Source: a virus (lineage: Duplodnaviria; Caudoviricetes). Taken from it: a stretch of DNA of 45,048 bases. The notes beneath the pieces were generated by a model that worked only from the letters and a program-made list of their open reading frames with translations, ran no database searches and was not told the origin of the DNA. The DNA lies in IMG/VR virus record IMGVR_UViG_3300036796_000044, positions 1-45,048 of that record; one strand, given 5' to 3'. Shown here in pieces: positions 36,264 through 43,662 of this stretch; position 1 is the stretch's first letter; each line of letters starts with the position of its first letter. The position numbers and the translations under genes were made by a program.

Positions 36264-37064
36264 CCACCAACTAATGCCGATGGCACGGGCGTTTCTTGCA
36301 TTGTGTGATTTGTTGTTTGATATTTGATTGGAAGGAGGTGATGGAGCCTCCCTAATTTTGTTTGATTGGCGAATGTTTGATTGGTGGTCCGTGCCGGTGA
36401 GGCGCGTCAATTGGCCTGTAGTGGGCACTGTTTGAGTCAAACGATAGCGCGACTTGTTGTTGGTCCGTATTTGTTTGGTTGTTGGTTGTTGGTTGGTTGT
36501 TGGTAGGAGGCGATGGGCTCACTGATAGGATATTCCGTGCCTTCGGCGAGGAATGGCCTATCGTGGTGAGGGAGGTGTGGGACGCGTGGCCGCGTATGGG
36601 CGATTGGGCGATGGGAGATGGCATAGGCCTAGAACGCCATAGGAAGGGCAAGGATGGGCTTGCGCGTGGTGGCCGCTAGGGTAGTAGCCTGTTTGACTCA
36701 AACACGCGTACGGGCATTTGTGGGCGTTCTAGAGGCATGTGCGGCAGGATGACGCAGGATGAAAAAAAGGTCTTGCATGGGTCGTATGGGCTCGGTATGG
36801 TGGCGATATCAGATTGATAGCGAGGTGATGGCAGATAGGTTCTGGGTTGGGTTGCGGGCGCCGGCTCCCATTGTAGACACCGGCATGGACAGATCACGAC
36901 GCATCATGTATGCGTGGCACAGAATGCCCCCTCACACGGGTTGCTGCCCTAGTAGTCTAGGGCGCGTGCCATCAGCGCGGACCATCAGATGACGTACGGG
37001 CATTAGCGCGGACCACAAAGCTCTGATATTAGGGGCGGTCGCGCAAGGTACTCAAACGGGCTTG

Positions 37065-37110
37065 ATTGCCCTACAATGGCCATACGCAATGTGTGGCCAT
37101 TGCGGGCAAT
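37065..37110. other. long imperfect inverted repeat upstream of the first early gene
   Basis: ATTGCCC-TA-CAATGGCCATAC / GTGTGGCCATTG-C-GGGCAAT. Confidence 0.6.
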
Positions 37111-37133
37111 TTTGCCCTATTGGAGTGCAAACT

Positions 37134-37610
37134 ATGAAGATGCTAATTGGTGCTGCTTTGGTGTCGCTTGCGGTTAGTGCGTATGCGCAGTCAAATGCGA
37201 ATGCGCAAGGCGTGCAAGTGATACCGGGCGTTGCTGCCGCTCAAGAGGGTGCTGCGAATAACCCGCCATCGTGGCAGGCTGTTTGCGGTTACAAGTGGAG
37301 GCAGTATCGGCAGGCTACCGGAGCGAGTGGACGCGATGCTTACACTGCGTTTATGCGTACGCCTTCGAAGGATGGCGGCTGCGGCGCAGGTGAGACCACG
37401 ACCACGCGTAAGGTCACTGCCAAGCCGAACGATGATAGGATCAAGACCTATATCGAACAGCTTGGCACGAAGGTTCCGGGAGTTCCGGTTCCGGCCGAAC
37501 AGCGGCCAGCCACTCATGAGGAAGAGGAAATTCAGTTTCCCCATGATCAGCATGGCGAACTGCCGATGACTTGGCAGGATGCACGGCGCGGCGGCGGGCG
37601 TCACGGCTAA
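37134..37610 (+). CDS. secreted/periplasmic protein with signal peptide
   Basis: MKMLIGAALVSLAVSAYA signal peptide, GGAGTGCA RBS, and two Cys. Confidence 0.7.
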   Translation: MKMLIGAALVSLAVSAYAQSNANAQGVQVIPGVAAAQEGAANNPPSWQAVCGYKWRQYRQATGASGRDAYTAFMRTPSKDGGCGAGETTTTRKVTAKPNDDRIKTYIEQLGTKVPGVPVPAEQRPATHEEEEIQFPHDQHGELPMTWQDARRGGGRHG

Positions 37611-37624
37611 CGTGCGATAAGTAG

Positions 37625-37657
37625 AACGGCGTGCCTGTGAGAGAGGCACGCCGTTTC
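37625..37657 (+). terminator. hairpin terminator
   Basis: AACGGCGTGCCT-N7-AGGCACGCCGTT-TC after the 37610 stop. Confidence 0.6.
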
Positions 37658-37684
37658 AGCCTATCGCAAGGTAGGATGGCAGGG

Positions 37685-37701
37685 TGCGACAATATGTCAC
37701 A
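37685..37701. promoter_or_regulatory. TGCGWCA-N3-TGWCRCA box (RegA/RegR-like)
   Basis: TGCGACAATATGTCACA abutting the -35 element. Confidence 0.5.
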
Positions 37702-37730
37702 GTGACAAATGTGTCACACTGTGTCATAAT
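37702..37730 (+). promoter_or_regulatory. sigma70-type rightward promoter
   Basis: GTGACA, N17, CATAAT upstream of the 37773 gene. Confidence 0.6.
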
Positions 37731-37772
37731 GATATCACTGGCAATTCTGCTAGTGCATTTTTGGAGGATGAA

Positions 37773-38837
37773 ATGGTAGTTAAGTCCCGTTTGAGTCAAA
37801 CAAACCCGCGCGCCATGGGAACTAATCCTAGGGCGGCGGTAAGGCCTGTTGAAACGAAAGTGTCGAAGCCCGTACCGAAAGGACGAGCGGAGACGGCGGC
37901 GGAGAAGGCCGCTAACGAGACTACCGGCGGTATCGTGGCAGTCAAAAGGTCCGCGCTATCGGTGGACGTTGGTCCGCGAGTTATTCATGCCCTCTGGAAC
38001 AATTCCAGCCGGGAGATGGAGATCACGGACGAGCTGAACCAATTGCAGGGTCGCAAGCAGTATGAGCAATTGTCACAATTGACGATGGCCATAATCAAGG
38101 CTGCCCGTGCGGACAAGTCTATTGACCTGTCCGTGCTTTACGAAGGCGAGAAGAAGGCGATGGAAAAGCTGAACAATCAGCTTGGCATTGCCTTGGGCTT
38201 TCGTGAAGTCAAGAGCGAACCGGACAAGAATGGAGTGGTTTACGAGAGTGTCGTGACGAGCGCCAGTGTCGGCGACTGCTTCCCAATGCCCGGAGAAACG
38301 GAAACCAACACGACCGACTTCAATCGCAAAAGGACGTTCAGAAGCAACTTCCTTACGCAATTGAAGAAGTGCGCTATGGGCGCGCACAGTGCCATCGAAC
38401 AGAACATCGATGTTAAGTTCGATGAGAAGGCCGGTACCTTGCTAATCTCTGGTCCGGCGGTCAAAAAGCATTTCGGCCAAGAGCGCGTGCTTCTGGACGA
38501 GCGCAAGACCGTCGGATTGGGCGACGCGAGGGTGGAACTGAGCGAGAAGCCTAGCTTCACGTCGCTTGGTCATATCGGTGCTGCGGCGTTGGGCGTTGCT
38601 TCCGTAACTGGTGCCGGTAATCACAGAACCAGGCAAGCTGGAACGGTCGGTGGTACGCTCGCCGCCGGTGCTGCGAAGGCAGCAGAAGTGACGGGCAAGG
38701 AAAGCCTTGACGCCGCGATCCTAACCATCTGCAAGTCTCTGCGGACGGCGCTGGAGAAGACCAAGGAACTGAGCAAGAACGCGGTTGCGGCCTTGGAAGA
38801 GACCAAGAACGCAATCGAGGTACGGCTCGCGAACTAG
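37773..38837 (+). CDS. early protein of unknown function (354 aa)
   Basis: GGAGG RBS, own promoter and terminator, Lys/Ala/Glu-rich. Palindrome lies in codons 6-10. Confidence 0.85.
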   Translation: MVVKSRLSQTNPRAMGTNPRAAVRPVETKVSKPVPKGRAETAAEKAANETTGGIVAVKRSALSVDVGPRVIHALWNNSSREMEITDELNQLQGRKQYEQLSQLTMAIIKAARADKSIDLSVLYEGEKKAMEKLNNQLGIALGFREVKSEPDKNGVVYESVVTSASVGDCFPMPGETETNTTDFNRKRTFRSNFLTQLKKCAMGAHSAIEQNIDVKFDEKAGTLLISGPAVKKHFGQERVLLDERKTVGLGDARVELSEKPSFTSLGHIGAAALGVASVTGAGNHRTRQAGTVGGTLAAGAAKAAEVTGKESLDAAILTICKSLRTALEKTKELSKNAVAALEETKNAIEVRLAN

Positions 38838-38846
38838 GCCAAGGCA

Positions 38847-38882
38847 CGGGCCGGTACAGAAATGTGCCGGCCCGGTCTGTTT
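38847..38882 (+). terminator. GAAA-tetraloop hairpin terminator running into the palindrome
   Basis: CGGGCCGGTACA-GAAA-TGTGCCGGCCCG-GTCTGTTT. Confidence 0.65.
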
Positions 38883-38910
38883 GACTCAAACACTGAATAG
38901 GAGTGCAGAA

Positions 38911-39033
38911 ATGAGCTATACTTGTGGGGTATATCCAAGCGCGCCGTGTATGGAATACGGCCACGACACATTCGCAGTTATAGTGCTCGTGATACTGATT
39001 GCTTTCGCAGCGCTATGTGTGGGAACCGACTGA
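38911..39033 (+). CDS. small single-TM protein (40 aa)
   Basis: AGGAGTGCA RBS; hydrophobic stretch FAVIVLVILIAFAALCVG. Confidence 0.55.
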   Translation: MSYTCGVYPSAPCMEYGHDTFAVIVLVILIAFAALCVGTD

Positions 39034-39037
39034 CGAA

Positions 39038-39067
39038 GGCCCTGGCAGCGCGCCAGGGCTTTTTTTT
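39038..39067 (+). terminator. intrinsic terminator
   Basis: GGCCCTGGC-AGCGC-GCCAGGGCT followed by a T-run. Confidence 0.9.
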
Positions 39068-39071
39068 ATCC

Positions 39072-39113
39072 TGGTCAGGGTCACGACTCCGGCGCTTTCT
39101 TGGTCAGGGTCAC
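39072..39113. repeat. direct repeat TGGTCAGGGTCAC x2
   Basis: Copies at 39072-39084 and 39101-39113, upstream of the strong promoter. Confidence 0.7.
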
Positions 39114-39121
39114 AACACAGG

Positions 39122-39138
39122 TGCGACAAATTGACGCA
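39122..39138. promoter_or_regulatory. TGCGWCA-N3-TGWCGCA box (RegA/RegR-like)
   Basis: TGCGACAAATTGACGCA, 6 bp upstream of the -35. Confidence 0.55.
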
Positions 39139-39144
39139 GGGGGA

Positions 39145-39173
39145 TTGACAAAGTGATATCATTATGATATAAT
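39145..39173 (+). promoter_or_regulatory. consensus sigma70 early promoter
   Basis: Perfect TTGACA-N17-TATAAT. Confidence 0.9.
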
Positions 39174-39238
39174 GGATGGTTCTTCTGTCCAGAGGGGTGG
39201 AGGAACGGGCTGTTTGAGTCAAACAACAGGAGTGCAAG

Positions 39239-39448
39239 ATGGACGCGACGAGCAAAGCTATTCAGGATGCAGCGAAGGTGCATGTCATGAGCACGGTGCT
39301 GGAAGGAATGGTTGATACGGTCGGGCTGGCGAAGGTGTTGGACTTGCTGACCGATATCTGCCACGAGAAGGCCAGTGAGAGCATGGATGATGCCTGGGAA
39401 GACGCAGCGGAAGGCCTGTCGAGAGTAAGTGCCTTCGTTAACGTGTGA
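39239..39448 (+). CDS. hypothetical early protein
   Basis: AGGAGTGCA RBS; bounded by palindromes, with its stop inside the 39442 copy. Confidence 0.75.
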   Translation: MDATSKAIQDAAKVHVMSTVLEGMVDTVGLAKVLDLLTDICHEKASESMDDAWEDAAEGLSRVSAFVNV

Positions 39449-39468
39449 GTCAAACAGAGGGGTAAGCT

Positions 39469-39660
39469 ATGATGAAATGGGTTAAGGGAATGAAGGTGCG
39501 AGCCGACGACGGTTTCAGTTGTATACAAGCTGGTTCCGTGCTGGAAGTCAAGGAGTCGGATGTTGGGCCATACGTGGAATGCACATTCGGGGTTGGGAAG
39601 CATTACCTGTGTGGTGAGGAGCCTGGGTTTAAGTGTGTGAGTCAAACAGAAGGAGAGTGA
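39469..39660 (+). CDS. hypothetical early protein
   Basis: GAGGGG RBS after the palindrome. Confidence 0.65.
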   Translation: MMKWVKGMKVRADDGFSCIQAGSVLEVKESDVGPYVECTFGVGKHYLCGEEPGFKCVSQTEGE

Positions 39661-39661
39661 G

Positions 39662-39964
39662 GTGCGCCACGAACGAGAGAAATTTATCCTCTGCCCTGTG
39701 TGTGAGGGCAGAGGCGTTACCGTCAACCCGAGCATCGATGCGCACGGGTTGACGCGAGCAGACTTCGCGGAAGACCCGGAGTTCGAGCGTGATTACTTCA
39801 GTGGCATGTACGACATTACGTGCCGTGCGTGCAATGGCAAGCGTGTGGTGACGAGAAACCGCTTGCAGGAACTAGATCGGCACGCTAGGGAACGCGAGCA
39901 GGCAGCGCAAGAGGACGGAAACTGGGAAGAGTATCAGGGCGCTCGTGATTGGCGCTTTGGGTAG
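39662..39964 (+). CDS. DnaJ-type zinc-finger motif protein
   Basis: CPVCEGRG and CRACNGKR (CxxCxGxG-type). Confidence 0.75.
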   Translation: MRHEREKFILCPVCEGRGVTVNPSIDAHGLTRADFAEDPEFERDYFSGMYDITCRACNGKRVVTRNRLQELDRHAREREQAAQEDGNWEEYQGARDWRFG

Positions 39965-39997
39965 TGTGAGTCAAACAGGCAAATAGGAGTGCAAACG

Positions 39998-40330
39998 ATG
40001 ATTATCTACGAGCAAACGGCTAAGACTGAACGCGACAAACAGCGCAGCGAACGCGAGTCCGCAATTAGTGTTGCGGGCATTCAGCTAGAGATGCTGATAA
40101 GGCATTTCGCGAAGCGCCGCGAGGTGCCGCGCAGCATATATCAAAGGCTTGTGCAGTCGGTCATAAAGATCGGTGCACATCTATCTTTAACAGTAGAGCG
40201 CGTTGAGGAGTTTGAGAAGAAGCTCCGCAACGCTGCACCTGGAGATCACACAATAAGTATGCAAGGCAACCGCATGTACATCCAGGGCTATTTCGATCTG
40301 GATAAACTCAAAAAGGAGGTGATGTGGTGA
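39998..40330 (+). CDS. hypothetical early protein
   Basis: AGGAGTGCA RBS at 39985. Confidence 0.7.
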   Translation: MIIYEQTAKTERDKQRSERESAISVAGIQLEMLIRHFAKRREVPRSIYQRLVQSVIKIGAHLSLTVERVEEFEKKLRNAAPGDHTISMQGNRMYIQGYFDLDKLKKEVMW

Positions 40331-40599
40331 GCAATCAACTTGGTGACGGGCCGATAGACAAAGCGTATCGTGAGTCAATGAACCAGTTGGCGAAGGATAT
40401 CGATCACGCGTTCAACGGAGATGCCAAAGGCGCTGATCGTAAGGTCGGCTTTGTCATGCTCGTATTTGAGTTTGGCGAATTGGTTGAGGGGCGGTGTAAT
40501 TTCATTTCGAATGGCGCAGACCGAAAGGATATCGTGACGCTGTTCAAGGAAATGATTGCGCGTTTCGAGGGGCAACCGGCGACGAAGGGGCGGGCATGA
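40324..40599 (+). CDS. hypothetical phage protein
   Basis: AGGAGG RBS; GFVMLVFEFG..RCNFISNG. Confidence 0.75.
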   Translation: MVSNQLGDGPIDKAYRESMNQLAKDIDHAFNGDAKGADRKVGFVMLVFEFGELVEGRCNFISNGADRKDIVTLFKEMIARFEGQPATKGRA

Positions 40600-40799
40600 G
40601 CAAGGTGATCGTATGTCGTAAGGTGCGTGTTAACCAAGACGGATATGCGTATAGTGGCAGGCATTACTTCGGTACTGGCGTGCCGCTGTACTATGTCGAG
40701 CGTGAGGATGGACGCAGCGATCATGTGCGTGCATTCTCACGCGATGCAGCGATCAGGCTGTTTGAGTCAAACAGAAGGAGTGCATATTGTGAAGAATAG
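40596..40799 (+). CDS. hypothetical early protein
   Basis: ATGA coupling; GY..G.YFG.G.PLY pattern. Confidence 0.65.
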   Translation: MSKVIVCRKVRVNQDGYAYSGRHYFGTGVPLYYVEREDGRSDHVRAFSRDAAIRLFESNRRSAYCEE

Positions 40800-41190
40800 C
40801 AAGCCGACCTTGTGTGTGGATTTCGATGGTGTGATCCATGCCTACACGTCGCCATGGACTGATGCTGTTACGATCAGTGACGGACCAGTTCCCGGTGCAA
40901 TACAGTGGCTGTGGAAAGCGAGCGAGCATTTCGTTGTGTATGTGTATTCTAGCCGATCGAAGGAGCCGCTTGCGCGTGATGCAATGTGCAAGTGGCTTTT
41001 TAAGTGCCTGCGTGAGGAGTTCGGTCCAGATGATCCAAGGTCGCAGTACATACCGCTTATATTTGCCAGCGAGAAGCCTGCTGCGTTCTTGACTATTGAT
41101 GATCGAGCGTTGTGCTTCGATGGCGATTGGTCAAAGCTCGATCCAGAAGAGTTGCTCAAGTTCAGACCGTGGAATAAGAAGGAAAGTTAA
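40789..41190 (+). CDS. HAD-superfamily phosphatase-like protein
   Basis: Motifs VDFDGVIH (I), YSSR (II), EKP (III) and IDDRA (IV); AGGAGTGCA RBS. Confidence 0.8.
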   Translation: MKNSKPTLCVDFDGVIHAYTSPWTDAVTISDGPVPGAIQWLWKASEHFVVYVYSSRSKEPLARDAMCKWLFKCLREEFGPDDPRSQYIPLIFASEKPAAFLTIDDRALCFDGDWSKLDPEELLKFRPWNKKES

Positions 41191-41191
41191 C

Positions 41192-41305
41192 ATGATGGAA
41201 TTTTCCATTATAGTCCTGCTTTGGGCCGCGACACTGCTTTCGCTGTGCATGTCGTTGGCAGCCATAGCATTCATGGCAACCACTCAGCCACCAAAGGAGA
41301 AATGA
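41192..41305 (+). CDS. small membrane protein
   Basis: AAGGA RBS and a hydrophobic helix. Confidence 0.5.
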   Translation: MMEFSIIVLLWAATLLSLCMSLAAIAFMATTQPPKEK

Positions 41306-41307
41306 GA

Positions 41308-41781
41308 ATGGCTACACGATCCAAGATGAAAGAGCCTGAAGGTGAACAGGCGACACCGAGCACATTCCAGGGCTTGATTGTCAAGGCAATGGGGCTTGTG
41401 ACGAATGATCTACTTAGCAAGATAAAGCAGGATACCGGCAGCGGAGCAAACGTGTCGCGAACGCTGGCGGAATTGTTTATGTGGAATTGGATTAGGAAGT
41501 ACGCAGACGGCAAGTATGATAAGCTGCTTGCGTCGGCTAGAGAAGACGGAATGCTCGGCGATCTGGATAACAAAGACCCAGGAAGCTATTTGGCAGCGGA
41601 GAGTAGGCACTTCGTCATGACCGTTAGCATCAGCGAGCCGGTGCGACGGTTCGATCCTGACGTGCTCGGTGAGTGGGCGTTTGCTACATACAAAGTGCCC
41701 GTCATTGTGCTGAAAGAGCAGATCGAGAAGGCTCGTACTCCCACGAAATCGCAGGTGCGCGTCACAGTCACGGAGCGGTAG
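41308..41781 (+). CDS. hypothetical protein
   Basis: AAGGAG RBS; stop immediately before the palindrome at 41783. Confidence 0.75.
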   Translation: MATRSKMKEPEGEQATPSTFQGLIVKAMGLVTNDLLSKIKQDTGSGANVSRTLAELFMWNWIRKYADGKYDKLLASAREDGMLGDLDNKDPGSYLAAESRHFVMTVSISEPVRRFDPDVLGEWAFATYKVPVIVLKEQIEKARTPTKSQVRVTVTER

Positions 41782-41809
41782 CTGTTTGAGTCAAACAGTT
41801 ACCCCGTGG

Positions 41810-41855
41810 GGAGGCCGGGCTTGATTTGCACTCCGGCTCGGCCTCCTTCTTATTA
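41810..41855 (+). terminator. possible terminator hairpin
   Basis: GGAGGCCGGGC..GCTCGGCCTCC followed by TTCTTATTAT. Confidence 0.5.
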
Positions 41856-41874
41856 TGAAACAGTGGAGGATGAC

Positions 41875-42177
41875 ATGACTGACGTTGATGCAGCAGTGAA
41901 CGGTAGGCCGAATGAGGAAGTTGCGTTGGCCTATACCAAGCCTGACAATGGCGCTGCCAAGCTTCGTGACCAGCTAGGTGCCAAGATCGACGAAGCTACT
42001 GTGCATATCGTCAACGAGTTGGACATGCTCAAGGAAGAGATTGAGCAGATCAAGACTAAGCTAATTACGGATGCGTCGCTAGTGAAGGAGGCACTGGCGA
42101 CGCATTTCATGTTGGGGGCCGAGGCGTTGGCGTTTAGGAGCAAGGTGGCCATGCGGTTGAAGGAGCTAGTGAAGTAA
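41875..42177 (+). CDS. hypothetical coiled-coil protein
   Basis: GGAGG RBS; TAATG coupling to the next gene. Confidence 0.7.
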   Translation: MTDVDAAVNGRPNEEVALAYTKPDNGAAKLRDQLGAKIDEATVHIVNELDMLKEEIEQIKTKLITDASLVKEALATHFMLGAEALAFRSKVAMRLKELVK

Positions 42178-42587
42178 TGGCGCTCGTGCTCCAACCAGCG
42201 TTCAGCGATAAGACGCGAGAAGAGATCGAGCAGCATCTGCTTGTGGTCAGAGCGAGGCGCATGGCAGCGGTTGTGACGTACTACGCTGGCGTGAATGCAA
42301 AGAACCTGCATTTGATTATCAAGGATCGGCAACGCATTGCACGGGAGTATGCCATGCTTGCTCGCGAGCTTGTCAAGATGGACAAGCTCGATGCAATAGT
42401 CGAGACACGATTGGCGAAGCTTACTCAACTCCAGCAGGAGTTGGACATTCATCAAAGCAACATGGTGGAGATCGCGGATGATCGAGAAGAGAGTAGGGCT
42501 GCGGGAGGTGGAGACAAAAAGGGAGCCAACGGAGAGTACAAACGAGCCAGTGGCGCTGTCAGGTCGGGCCGTCCACCAGGCGCGTGA
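42177..42587 (+). CDS. hypothetical coiled-coil protein
   Basis: Translationally coupled start. Confidence 0.65.
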   Translation: MALVLQPAFSDKTREEIEQHLLVVRARRMAAVVTYYAGVNAKNLHLIIKDRQRIAREYAMLARELVKMDKLDAIVETRLAKLTQLQQELDIHQSNMVEIADDREESRAAGGGDKKGANGEYKRASGAVRSGRPPGA

Positions 42588-42741
42588 GCGGTTTCCGATG
42601 GAGTTGCCGCAGCACAAGATGTTGGTCAAGTGCCCTGACGGTGAGCAATCATGGACGATATATGTGGAGTTCACAGATTATCGTCCAATGTGCCCGGAGT
42701 GCGGACAGTTAATGGACGTAATCACAGAACAGGAGGAATAG
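42478..42741 (+). CDS. small zinc-ribbon-like protein
   Basis: CPD..and CPECGQLM motifs. Start uncertain (42478 or 42598). Confidence 0.5.
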   Translation: MIEKRVGLREVETKREPTESTNEPVALSGRAVHQARERFPMELPQHKMLVKCPDGEQSWTIYVEFTDYRPMCPECGQLMDVITEQEE

Positions 42742-42972
42742 ATGCTACATCCCGAAACATTCAACTATTTGCAACCAACGCAAGCGCAGATCAATCGTAT
42801 GCAAACAGTGCGCGACAGGTTCGCCAAGTTTGCGTTTGAGCTTGAATCATTGTTGCCGGACGGGCCTGATAGAACTTATATTATGCGCCAACTGCGGGAG
42901 GTTGCGATGTGGGCAAATGTCACCATTACGCGATTGCCCGATGGTACTCCGCGACATGACGGGGAGTCATGA
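42742..42972 (+). CDS. Acb2/Tad1-like hairpin protein (candidate immune-signal sponge)
   Basis: TFNYLQPTQAQINRM..VR....LPDGPDR....QLREVAMWAN..ITR matches the F.Y..P..Q..R..P..R..L.E..MWAN.I.R pattern recalled for this family. Confidence 0.6.
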   Translation: MLHPETFNYLQPTQAQINRMQTVRDRFAKFAFELESLLPDGPDRTYIMRQLREVAMWANVTITRLPDGTPRHDGES

Positions 42973-43250
42973 CAATGTCGTTGACGTTTAACCAGTTCCA
43001 GAAAGAGTTGCGTCAGATGAACGTCGATGGCAAGACGGCGTATTTTCTCACAATGATCTATGAGCGTCTGATCGACACGGAGAACCAGTTGATGACGTGC
43101 GCAAGGCTCGTGGAGAGTATGGCCGACTCCATGCAGGGCTTTGTGGAGTTGAACGAGGCGCAGCAACGGGAGATGCGAAAGGTGCTGCGTGGTGGTCGGC
43201 CTGACGGCATCGAAGTGGAGAGTGTAGCAATCAAACCGGAGGAAGACTAA
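42969..43250 (+). CDS. hypothetical protein
   Basis: GGGGAG RBS and ATGA coupling. Confidence 0.7.
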   Translation: MTMSLTFNQFQKELRQMNVDGKTAYFLTMIYERLIDTENQLMTCARLVESMADSMQGFVELNEAQQREMRKVLRGGRPDGIEVESVAIKPEED

Positions 43251-43251
43251 C

Positions 43252-43662
43252 ATGAAGCTAGATGGCATCGAGGTGCGTGACGCGATTAGGCCGTGTGTGC
43301 TCAAGATCAACAAGGCCGATGCAAATTCCGGCCAGAAAGACCCATCGACTTGTGCAGCGGCAAAAGCAGCTTGCAGGGTGGGAAACGTAGTGGAGGCGCG
43401 TATCTATCGGACGAGATCGTACCTATTGATAGGCAAGTCGTGGGTACGGTACGCTACGCCCGGAGCGTTGCGCGTCGAGTTGATTGCATTCGATCGCGGC
43501 GGCAGATTCGATCCCGGCGAGTATGTGCTGGAGACACTGCCGGCGAATAAGCAGATCGGCATGGAAAAGAGACGCAAGCCTACAGGGCCGAAGAGACAAA
43601 AGAGAATGGCTCCGCATGTCATCAGGGGTATTCGGCCTCGGGCTCCGGTCACAGCAGGTTGA
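43252..43662 (+). CDS. basic hypothetical protein
   Basis: GGAGG RBS; DP..CA.A.A motif and a basic tail. Confidence 0.7.
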   Translation: MKLDGIEVRDAIRPCVLKINKADANSGQKDPSTCAAAKAACRVGNVVEARIYRTRSYLLIGKSWVRYATPGALRVELIAFDRGGRFDPGEYVLETLPANKQIGMEKRRKPTGPKRQKRMAPHVIRGIRPRAPVTAG

